Shown: positions 8,227 through 16,073, counted from the first letter of the stretch. The stretch: DNA of 31,296 nucleotides from a virus (IMGVR_UViG_3300044448_000268:1-31296); one strand, 5' to 3'. The notes: a model not told the origin generated them from the letters alone. Made by a program: numbers and translations.

Positions 8227-9319
8227 TTTTTAAAAGATTTTCCAAATCAACATTGTTGTTTCTCATTTGTTCAAATGATAATTTCAAAATATGATTATCA
8301 ATTTGAATTTGTGATTTGTTGTTTAACAATTTGTTTAATGTGTTGTTGTTCTTTGGTTTGTCTTTTACTTTGTTTTGGTAACGTGATTTGATTTTATCAA
8401 TTTCACTTTTGTCGTTGAATAACAATCCATGACGTTTTAATTCATTTGAAATCAATGAACCAAAATTGTTCAGTTTTTTGTAATTGCCATCCTTTTTAAA
8501 TTCGTTGTATGGTTTTAATAAATTTTCAATTAAATAATCCAAATGCAATTTTCTTTTTTCTGCGTCAGACATTTCAGGTTTTATTGTTTTGTTGTTTTTG
8601 GTGGGTGGCTGATGACTGTGTTGTGGTTCTCTGCGACCCCACGCGTCATTCCCAAACTGTCTGTTCTTTTTAATTTGAATTTTTGACCAATTTAAAAAAT
8701 GTGTTTTCGTTTCTTTTAAACTTTTGAAATCGTCACTTTTTAATTTCATTTCAGAAATAAATTCATTCAACATTAAATTAATGTAATACGGTGCAACTTT
8801 TAAATGACGTGACGCATGTTCCAACCACGTTTGTTGTTTTTTCAACTCATCAACCTCAATGCAAACTGTTCCATTTTCAATATCATTAATCTTTTTTAAA
8901 TCATTTAATAAAACCTTTTTTGTATTTATTTTTTTAATATTTTTAAATGAATTATTATCTGTATTATTAACTGTATTATTATGTTGTAAATTTTCCTGTA
9001 TGCTGCGTTTAGGTTTTTCCACACCCTGCCTTTCGGTTTTCTTAAACTCTGCGTTTATGACCTTTAAAACGCGTCTGCGTCCATCAAATGAAACCTGTTC
9101 AATAAAACCTAGTTTTTTCAATTTAGAAATTGCAACTGAAACTGTTGTTTTTGTTACGTCTAAAAAATCTGCGAAATAATCATTTGACGCAAAACAACCG
9201 TCCTCATTGTCCAAACTTTCAATTTCAACCAATAATATTTTTTCCGACCAACTTAAATCTTTATTTAAATAAATTGATTTTGGCAACCAAACTCCTAAAA
9301 AATTCCTATCCTTTTGCAT
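8207..9319 (-). CDS. Replication initiator/replisome organiser (N-terminal winged HTH)
   Basis: GCFASNDYFADFLDVTKTTVSVAISKLKKLGFI wHTH followed by an N/T-rich linker; next to SSB and VRR-NUC. Confidence 0.75.
   Translation of the reverse strand: MQKDRNFLGVWLPKSIYLNKDLSWSEKILLVEIESLDNEDGCFASNDYFADFLDVTKTTVSVAISKLKKLGFIEQVSFDGRRRVLKVINAEFKKTERQGVEKPKRSIQENLQHNNTVNNTDNNSFKNIKKINTKKVLLNDLKKINDIENGTVCIEVDELKKQQTWLEHASRHLKVAPYYINLMLNEFISEMKLKSDDFKSLKETKTHFLNWSKIQIKKNRQFGNDAWGRREPQHSHQPPTKNNKTIKPEMSDAEKRKLHLDYLIENLLKPYNEFKKDGNYKKLNNFGSLISNELKRHGLLFNDKSEIDKIKSRYQNKVKDKPKNNNTLNKLLNNKSQIQIDNHILKLSFEQMRNNNVDLENLLKNEKQTG
8951..8986. repeat. Three imperfect 12-bp tandem repeats (possible origin iterons)
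   Basis: ATTATTATCTGT / ATTATTAACTGT / ATTATTATGTTG beside a very AT-rich tract inside the initiator gene. Confidence 0.45.
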
Positions 9320-9322
9320 ATC

Positions 9323-9613
9323 TTAAAATGGAACGTCATCATCATCACCCGTTGTAAATCTTTGACCCTGTTGATTTTGTTGGGTTTGTGTTTTTGGAAT
9401 GAATGTGTTTAACTCTGCATAATGTGATAAACCGTTTTCAGATTTTTCACGCCTCTTTTTTAAATCAATTGACACAAAACCTTTTGCGTTTCTTAACTGT
9501 TCCAATTGTGTGGTCAATGCATTAACATCAATGTCAATTTTTATTATTGAACCACCATTGTCAAATTCTTTTTCTCTGATAAATAACCCGTTGATAAATG
9601 TTTTTTGTTCCAT
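9323..9613 (-). CDS. Single-stranded DNA-binding protein
   Basis: 96 aa, beta-rich core, Q-rich linker, acidic tail DDDDVPF. Confidence 0.75.
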   Translation of the reverse strand: MEQKTFINGLFIREKEFDNGGSIIKIDIDVNALTTQLEQLRNAKGFVSIDLKKRREKSENGLSHYAELNTFIPKTQTQQNQQGQRFTTGDDDDVPF

Positions 9614-9624
9614 GTTGTTTTTTT

Positions 9625-9849
9625 TTATTCGTCTAAATTAATATTTTTTTTCATTTCCTCAATGTTTTTTTCTCTTTTATTGTAACGTTCATCAAAAATT
9701 TTATTCATTGTTGTAACTGAAATTTTAAATTTTATTGCTGCCTGTGAAATTGGCATTCCTGTTTTTGTTATGAAATCAATAATTTTATCTTTGTCACTTT
9801 CTTTTAATTCTTTGTATTGAATTAAATCCCGTTTTGGTTTACGCCTCAT
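9625..9849 (-). CDS. Small HTH DNA-binding protein
   Basis: GMPISQAAIKFKISVTTMNKIF HTH; likely start MRRK at 9849. Confidence 0.65.
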   Translation of the reverse strand: MRRKPKRDLIQYKELKESDKDKIIDFITKTGMPISQAAIKFKISVTTMNKIFDERYNKREKNIEEMKKNINLDE

Positions 9850-10060
9850 CTTTTTTTGGTTCAATAATTTCATCAATTTCTGTTAATGTCATGTCGGTCA
9901 TGCGGCCAATTGCACGTAATTGGTTCAACCTGAATTTCTGTGGGTTGTCACAATAATCCCGAATTGTTGGTTGTGATAAATTCATTTCATTTCCCAACTG
10001 CCTTTTTGATATACCTAAATACCTCATTGTTTTTGTAAACTCATTGTCTTTTTTGCTCAT
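9839..10060 (-). CDS. Cro/Xre-like HTH regulator
   Basis: GISKRQLGNEMNLSQPTIRDYCDNP HTH pattern, 73 aa. Confidence 0.75.
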   Translation of the reverse strand: MSKKDNEFTKTMRYLGISKRQLGNEMNLSQPTIRDYCDNPQKFRLNQLRAIGRMTDMTLTEIDEIIEPKKDEA

Positions 10061-10071
10061 AATATTATTTT

Positions 10072-10356
10072 TTAATTTTTAAAAACACCACGCCTCACCA
10101 TTTGCAACCATTGGTCTTTTGGGTCATGTATTTTTTGATTTGATTTTAATTCATACATAAATGCCGACACATCATTTTCACGCAACTCATTTAATTTGTC
10201 ATAAAAATTTTGTTTTGTTTTATCGTCAAACAAAGAATTGTCAATTAGTGTTTCCATTAAACCAATAAAACTGCAATTTGCTAAATGGTCAATTTTTGGG
10301 TTTTCTTTATTGTCAAAAAACTCATCAATAAAATCTGTGTCATTATTTTTTCCCAC
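10072..10356 (-). CDS. Hypothetical protein
   Basis: 94 aa, GTG start overlapping the upstream gene end. Confidence 0.6.
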   Translation of the reverse strand: MGKNNDTDFIDEFFDNKENPKIDHLANCSFIGLMETLIDNSLFDDKTKQNFYDKLNELRENDVSAFMYELKSNQKIHDPKDQWLQMVRRGVFKN

Positions 10357-10696
10357 CTTTTTTCTTTTTTGTTTTTGCTTTTGTTTCCTTTTTAAATTCT
10401 TTTGCTGCCTCTTTAATTACTTTCATTCTCGCTTTTTTAACGGCCTCACTGTCATTCCTTTCATTGAACTCCTTAATCCGACCCTCTGCAATAAATTGTG
10501 CTGCGGGGTTTATGTTGTCCATGTTTTTGTGTGTAAATTGTTGATACAAAACCTTATCAATTGCATTCCACTCATCCGCATTTTTTGCAATAAAATTCCG
10601 AAACCCTTTCATAATTCCTGCCAAATAAAAAACCCAACATGAAATAATCCAAATAAATACCAACGCCAACACCAATAAAATTTTTACAATAATCAT
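10343..10696 (-). CDS. Hypothetical membrane-anchored protein
   Basis: N-terminal hydrophobic helix and Lys-rich C-terminus. Confidence 0.65.
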   Translation of the reverse strand: MIIVKILLVLALVFIWIISCWVFYLAGIMKGFRNFIAKNADEWNAIDKVLYQQFTHKNMDNINPAAQFIAEGRIKEFNERNDSEAVKKARMKVIKEAAKEFKKETKAKTKKKKGGKK

Positions 10697-11067
10697 AATT
10701 TTTTAATTTTTAATTTGTTAAACTTCAATAATTCGTCAACCTCTGCAATTGTTTTATTAAACGCAATTTCAGAACCCAACACTAATTCTGCCAACCTAAA
10801 TGGTGACCCCTCATCTTTTATTTTACCATACAAAATTGGTTCTCTTATGTCCTCAATTTTTTTGTTTTCCCAAAACATACGGGAACGGAATTGTTTGACA
10901 ATTGGTCTTTGCATTTCCATCCAATCATCACCCAATACATTTTCAACCGTGTCCTCCAACTGAAACTGTGGAACACCCTGATATTTGTGTTTAAAATATT
11001 CAGCATTTGAAATCACTAAATAATCACCACCCAAATAAAATGTTTCTGTCTGTCTTTTTTTACTCAT
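10693..11067 (-). CDS. Hypothetical protein
   Basis: Likely start MSKK at 11067, overlapping the upstream stop. Confidence 0.65.
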   Translation of the reverse strand: MSKKRQTETFYLGGDYLVISNAEYFKHKYQGVPQFQLEDTVENVLGDDWMEMQRPIVKQFRSRMFWENKKIEDIREPILYGKIKDEGSPFRLAELVLGSEIAFNKTIAEVDELLKFNKLKIKKL

Positions 11068-11560
11068 TGTATTCTCGTATTGCACGTCCCAAACCCTCAT
11101 CACCTGCATTTAATTTATTAATCTCATCTGCAATTCCCGTGTCCTGTGGTTTTGTGTTTGAATGTGACGATTTAAATTCGTCTGCCTCAATTTCAGAATA
11201 CACACCCACACTGTAAAATCCTGACATTTCCAAAACCAAACGTGCTTTTGAACGCTTTTGTGCCATTTCTGCATAATATGAAATTTTGCAATTTTGTTTG
11301 TTTGCTGTTCCCAATGTTTCCAATTTCATATCACCCAATGTTGCTTTCGCTAATACCACACACCAATGTTCCTCACACCTAACAATGTCATATGTGATGA
11401 CAATTCCCATTTGGTGTTGTATTTTCTCAACGCCTGTTCGCGTCATCATAACATATCCGAATTTGTCATGTGTGTATATGTCCTCACGTGTCAATCCAAA
11501 ATCCACATACAATTTTTTTAATCGTTCACGTGTGGTCAATGTTGTTTTTTTATCACTCAT
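11060..11560 (-). CDS. Rad52/Sak-like single-strand annealing protein
   Basis: CVVLAKAT...ETLGTA...MAQKRSKARLV...GVYSEIEADEF pattern; same operon as SSB. Confidence 0.6.
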   Translation of the reverse strand: MSDKKTTLTTRERLKKLYVDFGLTREDIYTHDKFGYVMMTRTGVEKIQHQMGIVITYDIVRCEEHWCVVLAKATLGDMKLETLGTANKQNCKISYYAEMAQKRSKARLVLEMSGFYSVGVYSEIEADEFKSSHSNTKPQDTGIADEINKLNAGDEGLGRAIREYNE

Positions 11561-11582
11561 AATTTGTTGTTTTTTTGTTTTG

Positions 11583-11590
11583 CAAATATA
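11583..11590 (-). promoter_or_regulatory. Bacteroidota -7 promoter box for the recombination/replication operon
   Basis: Perfect TAnnTTTG (TATATTTG) 22 nt upstream of ATG 11560. Confidence 0.6.
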
Positions 11591-11622
11591 AAAATTTATT
11601 TTATTCTGTGAAAATATTTTGT

Positions 11623-12480
11623 TTAAATATTAAAAAATCTAGTTAAAATGTCATCAATGTTTTTACCATAACCCCTGTCCCTAATGTAATTGCACATCAA
11701 TTTCAAATCAATTGTTTCCTTTAATAATTTTGGGTTTGTATCGTCAACAGGACTGTTTAATTTATCCAACACCTCATCATTTAGAGTAAACCCCAATTTT
11801 ATTTCAAACACAAAAATCCGACCAAATAATTTGTAATTAGCAATTAAATTGTTGTGCATAAAACCACTCATTTCCATTTTACAATTGACACCTGACCAAA
11901 TCATGTTTATGTCTTTTTTTTCAATAGCATTAAAAAAACCATCTGTTGCAATAAACTTTTTATTTTTAACACTGAACATGCAACTGTTCATGTGAAAATC
12001 AAAATTTTCAATGTATATTTTAACACTTTTAATTTTATTGTAATTAATCCGCATAAAATGATTTGAAACAACAAAAAAATCATATCTGATTTTTGTGGAA
12101 ACAACAGGTTTTAATTTGTTGATTTGGTATTTGTAATTTTCCAATTGTTTATTTCGTTCCGCGTTGTAATAATTTTTTGCCTTTGTTGACCCATCAAACA
12201 ATGACCTGAAATCAAACGCCCTTTCAAATATTTTATCATTTCTGTCATCAACCAAAATGTCAATATCTTTGTGTGGTGGTAAATATCCATGTGTTTTTTT
12301 AATCAAAATATTTCTGATTAAACCACCGACAACCCAAAATTCACGGTCAGGTTGTTGTTCCTGCAACTTTCTCAAATGTGCAAACCCATCCAACGAATTT
12401 AATTCGTCCCAAATGTATTTGTTAATTTCTGATGTCATCATAAATATTTCCCGCATAACGTGGTGTGCTGTCTGCGTCAA
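11623..12480 (-). CDS. Divergent class II nucleotidyltransferase (CCA-adding/poly(A) polymerase head fold)
   Basis: WVVGGLIRNIL...KDIDILV (motif A with DxD), FDFHMNS (cf. RRDFTIN), RIFVFEIKLGFTL (cf. RAxRFxxxLGF). Start may be 12441. Confidence 0.75.
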   Translation of the reverse strand: MTQTAHHVMREIFMMTSEINKYIWDELNSLDGFAHLRKLQEQQPDREFWVVGGLIRNILIKKTHGYLPPHKDIDILVDDRNDKIFERAFDFRSLFDGSTKAKNYYNAERNKQLENYKYQINKLKPVVSTKIRYDFFVVSNHFMRINYNKIKSVKIYIENFDFHMNSCMFSVKNKKFIATDGFFNAIEKKDINMIWSGVNCKMEMSGFMHNNLIANYKLFGRIFVFEIKLGFTLNDEVLDKLNSPVDDTNPKLLKETIDLKLMCNYIRDRGYGKNIDDILTRFFNI

Positions 12481-12694
12481 TCATTCCTTTTGATTTAACA
12501 ACCAACCCCGCAACAATGTCACCCGCTTTGATGTTTCTAATTAGACGTTCCCATTTTACAAAGTTTCTAAATGTTGTGTCCACACACGTTCTGTAACTGC
12601 GTTCACCATCATTAAAAAATATGTAATACATTTCACCACCAAAACGTGATGGCACTTTTTTTTGGTTTTTGTAAACGAATTGTTTTCTATTCAT
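12422..12694 (-). CDS. Hypothetical protein
   Basis: Likely start MNRKQF at 12694, coupled to an upstream small ORF (ATGAATAG overlap). Confidence 0.65.
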   Translation of the reverse strand: MNRKQFVYKNQKKVPSRFGGEMYYIFFNDGERSYRTCVDTTFRNFVKWERLIRNIKAGDIVAGLVVKSKGMIDADSTPRYAGNIYDDIRN

Positions 12695-12806
12695 GACGCC
12701 AATGTTTATTCGTTTCATTTTGGTTGTGTTCGTAACCCTCAACCATTCCCACTGACTTTGCATGTTCATACATAAACCATACGCATACTAAAATAATAAA
12801 TTCCAT
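12687..12806 (-). CDS. Small 39-aa ORF not in track
   Basis: MEFIILVCVWFMYEHAKSVGMVEGYEHNQNETNKHWRHE; A-rich leader, fills the gap, coupled to the next gene. Confidence 0.55.
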   Translation of the reverse strand: MEFIILVCVWFMYEHAKSVGMVEGYEHNQNETNKHWRHE

Positions 12807-12829
12807 AATTGTTGTTTTTTAATTTTTGG

Positions 12830-13054
12830 TTATTGATTTAATTTACTAATAATTTGTTCAATCTTAATTTCAGGTTTGTCAAATACCATTGAAAATAATT
12901 GTTGTTGTGTAATGTCATATTTTTTATTTTCATATTCAAATGTAATAATAATGCTGCCATCAAACAACGACACATAAACCTCAATGACTTTTGCACCCAA
13001 ACCTGTCAATGCATTTGCACACGTTTTTACACGTTTGTTTTTGCTTTTAATCAT
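12830..13054 (-). CDS. Hypothetical protein
   Basis: 74 aa, directly downstream of hairpin copy B. Confidence 0.7.
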   Translation of the reverse strand: MIKSKNKRVKTCANALTGLGAKVIEVYVSLFDGSIIITFEYENKKYDITQQQLFSMVFDKPEIKIEQIISKLNQ

Positions 13055-13080
13055 AATTTATTTTTTAAAACTTTCTGCCT

Positions 13081-13124
13081 TTTACCACAAAAACCCCGAC
13101 ACGTTAATGACGGGGTGTTGGTGG
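13081..13124 (-). promoter_or_regulatory. Conserved intergenic RNA hairpin, copy B
   Basis: CCACCAACACCCCGUCA-UUAACG-UGUCGGGGUUUUUGUGGUAAA; homologous to 7090-7133. Confidence 0.75.
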
Positions 13125-13133
13125 TTCTTAATG

Positions 13134-13472
13134 TTAACTGTCAAATCGTTCCTCCATTTCAATTTGAAAATCAATTTTAAATAATGATTTTGGCAATTCT
13201 AAATGTAACCAACCGTCATCAAAACAGTGTGTCATAATTTTGTGTCGTTTTAATGGCAATAACATTGTTTGAATTTCACGGTCTGTAAATTGAAATGTTT
13301 TGTCCAATTGTTTTTCAATTGATTTGTCCCACATTTCCTCACCAATAAATTCTGAAAATCGTATAGTGTTGCCCTCATCAAAAATCATTTCAAATTCACT
13401 TAATCCATTTTGTAAATCATTTAAATTTAGGTTTACCTGTGTAATGCCGAAATTGTTAATTGTTTTTTCCAT
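13134..13472 (-). CDS. Hypothetical early protein (first gene after promoter B)
   Basis: Likely start MEKT at 13472 (112 aa); an in-frame ATG at 13541 is an alternative. Confidence 0.7.
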   Translation of the reverse strand: MEKTINNFGITQVNLNLNDLQNGLSEFEMIFDEGNTIRFSEFIGEEMWDKSIEKQLDKTFQFTDREIQTMLLPLKRHKIMTHCFDDGWLHLELPKSLFKIDFQIEMEERFDS

Positions 13473-13545
13473 TTTGTTTGTGGTCGGTGTTATGGTGTTG
13501 ACCTCGTCACTGTTAGTTTTTTTGGTTTTTCTTAAATTCATACTG

Positions 13546-13600
13546 CAAAGATAAAACAATTTTTCATTCCACAATACTTTTTTTCATTAAATATGCAAAA
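13546..13600 (-). promoter_or_regulatory. Bacteroidota-type promoter B
   Basis: Perfect -7 box TATCTTTG (13546-13553) with ATTG 18 nt upstream; near-identical to promoter A. Confidence 0.75.
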
Positions 13601-13638
13601 AACTTTCATTTACTAGATATAAAAAAAATTGAAAATAA

Positions 13639-14886
13639 TTACAAATTGTGTGAAAATTGACAAATCAACCCCTCTTTTTCGTCCCAAATAAAGGCCTCAC
13701 ATGCCTGAATGCCGCCTTTGTAACCTTTTAAATTGTGCCATGCGTCTGTTCCGCTTAATGAACGCATATAACGTATTGTAATTCCTTTGTTTTCCTGTGT
13801 TGCTAAAAATTTAATTTCTTTTTTATGATGTAAATGACCAACATGAATTTCCCGATATTTTGTTTTTGCCCATAATGTCGGAACTTCTGACGCAACCAAT
13901 AATGGTAAATCCGCAATTTTCTCATTGTTACCATGTGTGTATGTAATTAAACAATCACCGAATTTGTAATGTTTGCGGGGGTTTGCATTATTGTCAACAC
14001 TTACATTTTCATTGTTATTATACCAACAATCCATTGCGTCACCAACGTAAAATGAACGTTCAAAATCATGGTTTCCCTGAACAACAACAACATCAACGGG
14101 TGCAATGGTTTGCAACATGTCAATTCCCTCAATTAATAATTGCCGTCCTGCCTTATATGTTTTTTGCCAACGCAAATCCTCATCCTGCGGGGTTAAATTG
14201 GTGGTGGTATTTCGCGAATTATCGGAATTAAAAAAATCGTTTCCAATAGGAAAAACAATGCGTTTGATGTCATAACCCTCAACACGTGAAATAATTGAAC
14301 TGATGGCGTTTAAAAACCGTTTACGTGCAATCTTTGTATCGTAATTGTCACCCGTTTCCAAACCCCAACATAATTTTCCAAAATGTAAATCAAAAATATT
14401 TATTTCCAACAACTGTCCTTTGTCAAATTTATCATATGACATTAATGGGTATTTAAACGCATATGACTTTAATTCATTTGTCATTTCAATTCTCAACCTG
14501 TTCATTTCTGAAACCTGTTGATTTTTTTTCAACCATGCTTTGACTTGAAATAATGGTTCAACCAAAATCTGACCATCAACCTGTGAACCAACCTCCCATT
14601 TATTGACAATGTAACGTTCAACATCCCAAACCTCCATGTCTATTTGACAAACTGAAATTAAATCGTCCAACGTTTTAATTCGCAATGATTTTGGTGACTG
14701 TATTATTTTGTTGCTTTTTGTTTCCTCAATTGATGTTTCGTCACCCTGTTGTGCAAACTCAATGATTTTTTTTAATGATTTGATTTGGATGGTTTCGGGT
14801 AACTCGCGGAACCGTTTTATTAGTGTCTGCAAAACACCATTCCAATGTGGCCTGAACTGTTTTAAATATTTGGTTTCCTCACTCAA
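13639..14886 (-). CDS. Calcineurin-like metallophosphoesterase
   Basis: All five motifs present: DLHFG, GNDFFN, GNHD, THG, GHLHH. Confidence 0.85.
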   Translation of the reverse strand: MSEETKYLKQFRPHWNGVLQTLIKRFRELPETIQIKSLKKIIEFAQQGDETSIEETKSNKIIQSPKSLRIKTLDDLISVCQIDMEVWDVERYIVNKWEVGSQVDGQILVEPLFQVKAWLKKNQQVSEMNRLRIEMTNELKSYAFKYPLMSYDKFDKGQLLEINIFDLHFGKLCWGLETGDNYDTKIARKRFLNAISSIISRVEGYDIKRIVFPIGNDFFNSDNSRNTTTNLTPQDEDLRWQKTYKAGRQLLIEGIDMLQTIAPVDVVVVQGNHDFERSFYVGDAMDCWYNNNENVSVDNNANPRKHYKFGDCLITYTHGNNEKIADLPLLVASEVPTLWAKTKYREIHVGHLHHKKEIKFLATQENKGITIRYMRSLSGTDAWHNLKGYKGGIQACEAFIWDEKEGLICQFSHNL

Positions 14887-14888
14887 AA

Positions 14889-15362
14889 TTATTTGAATAT
14901 GTTAAATACTTTGAAAACGTCCTTAAAAAATACACGCACCACCAATAATAATGCCGCAATTGCAAACATAAAATATGTGTATTCTTTTGCACGTTCCGCC
15001 CATGTCAACTCCCTAACAACAACAGTTTCAACGGGAATTTCTTTTGTAACCACAACCGTGTCACCAACACATTCACCCTCAATATAAATCAAACTGTCTT
15101 TTTTAATGTATTTTATTGTGACCCTGTCGTTTGTAATAACAACCGTGTCATTTGTATTTGTTGAAACAAATGCGGTGTCTGCCTTAATTGTTTCAATTGT
15201 TAATGTGTCCGAAACAACAATGGTGTCATTTTGTAATAATTCAGGAAATTTATCAGTTAATTTTGCAATCTTTTTTTCCGCCCTTTCAATTTCACATAAA
15301 CGGGTTGTGCAACATGATGAGAAAAATAAAACGCATGAAAATATAATTATTAATTTTTGCAT
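14889..15362 (-). CDS. Unimolecular spanin-like lipoprotein
   Basis: Signal peptide with lipobox FSSC, beta-rich middle, C-terminal TM helix; follows endolysin and holin. Confidence 0.65.
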   Translation of the reverse strand: MQKLIIIFSCVLFFSSCCTTRLCEIERAEKKIAKLTDKFPELLQNDTIVVSDTLTIETIKADTAFVSTNTNDTVVITNDRVTIKYIKKDSLIYIEGECVGDTVVVTKEIPVETVVVRELTWAERAKEYTYFMFAIAALLLVVRVFFKDVFKVFNIFK

Positions 15363-15568
15363 TTTGGTTTGTATTTACTTGGACGCTTTGTTTCACCGTA
15401 TATGTAACCAATTACAAACGGTGATAATGCTGCGAAATATGCCGCCAAACCACCCATGTCCGCACCATAAATAATTCCCATCACACCAAAAATAACCCAT
15501 GCACACATAACGTAAACAATCATTGCAAACCTTTTTGATTTAATATAATTTTTAAATTCCAACGCCAT
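15350..15568 (-). CDS. Putative holin (two TM helices)
   Basis: Likely start MALEF at 15568 (72 aa); two hydrophobic helices, basic C-tail; adjacent to the endolysin. Confidence 0.65.
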   Translation of the reverse strand: MALEFKNYIKSKRFAMIVYVMCAWVIFGVMGIIYGADMGGLAAYFAALSPFVIGYIYGETKRPSKYKPKCKN

Positions 15569-16061
15569 AATTGTTTGGGTTTTCAAAATAAATATTCTTT
15601 TTTTCAATGCCAATGTCCCTGCATAAATTTGGAACAAAAAAACATGGACATGATTTGTTTGAAAATTGGTTGTGTCCTGCAATTAATAAATCAGGATGAC
15701 GCAAAATTTCATGTTTTAAATAAATTTCCAATGTGTATTTTTGCTCTGTTGTCATGGTGTTTTTTGGGTCTTTGTTGTCATCCAAACCACCAACATAACA
15801 AACGTGTTTTGAATATTTGTTTATGCCTTTCACACCCCATGTCATTTCACTGTGTTCAACAAAATCGTCATACGGGTTTGAACCTTTTGCAAAATGCATG
15901 TTATGTAATGCACCGTCCAATGTTATTAAATCAGAATAACCCACACGTGACCAACCACGTCCATTTTCACCCATGTGCCATTCTTTTATTTGTTCGGGTT
16001 TAATATTCACACCCTCTTTTGTTGCTGTGCAATGAATAACCAAATATTTGTAATTTGCCAT
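15552..16061 (-). CDS. Endolysin, N-acetylmuramoyl-L-alanine amidase (T7 lysozyme-like)
   Basis: LVIHCTAT, GWSRVGY, CYVGG, GHNQFSNKSCP Zn-ligand pattern. Confidence 0.92.
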   Translation of the reverse strand: MANYKYLVIHCTATKEGVNIKPEQIKEWHMGENGRGWSRVGYSDLITLDGALHNMHFAKGSNPYDDFVEHSEMTWGVKGINKYSKHVCYVGGLDDNKDPKNTMTTEQKYTLEIYLKHEILRHPDLLIAGHNQFSNKSCPCFFVPNLCRDIGIEKKNIYFENPNNYGVGI

Positions 16062-16073
16062 TATGATTTTGTT

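Noticed and set aside
10343-10356. GGG AAA AAA TAA as a second frameshift site
   Set aside because: The downstream ORF is in the +1 frame and has its own GTG; simple overlap explains it.
7090-13124. Twin hairpins as CRISPR repeats, tRNA or ribozyme
   Set aside because: Only two dispersed copies, no spacers, no cloverleaf, and no ribozyme core that I can recognise.
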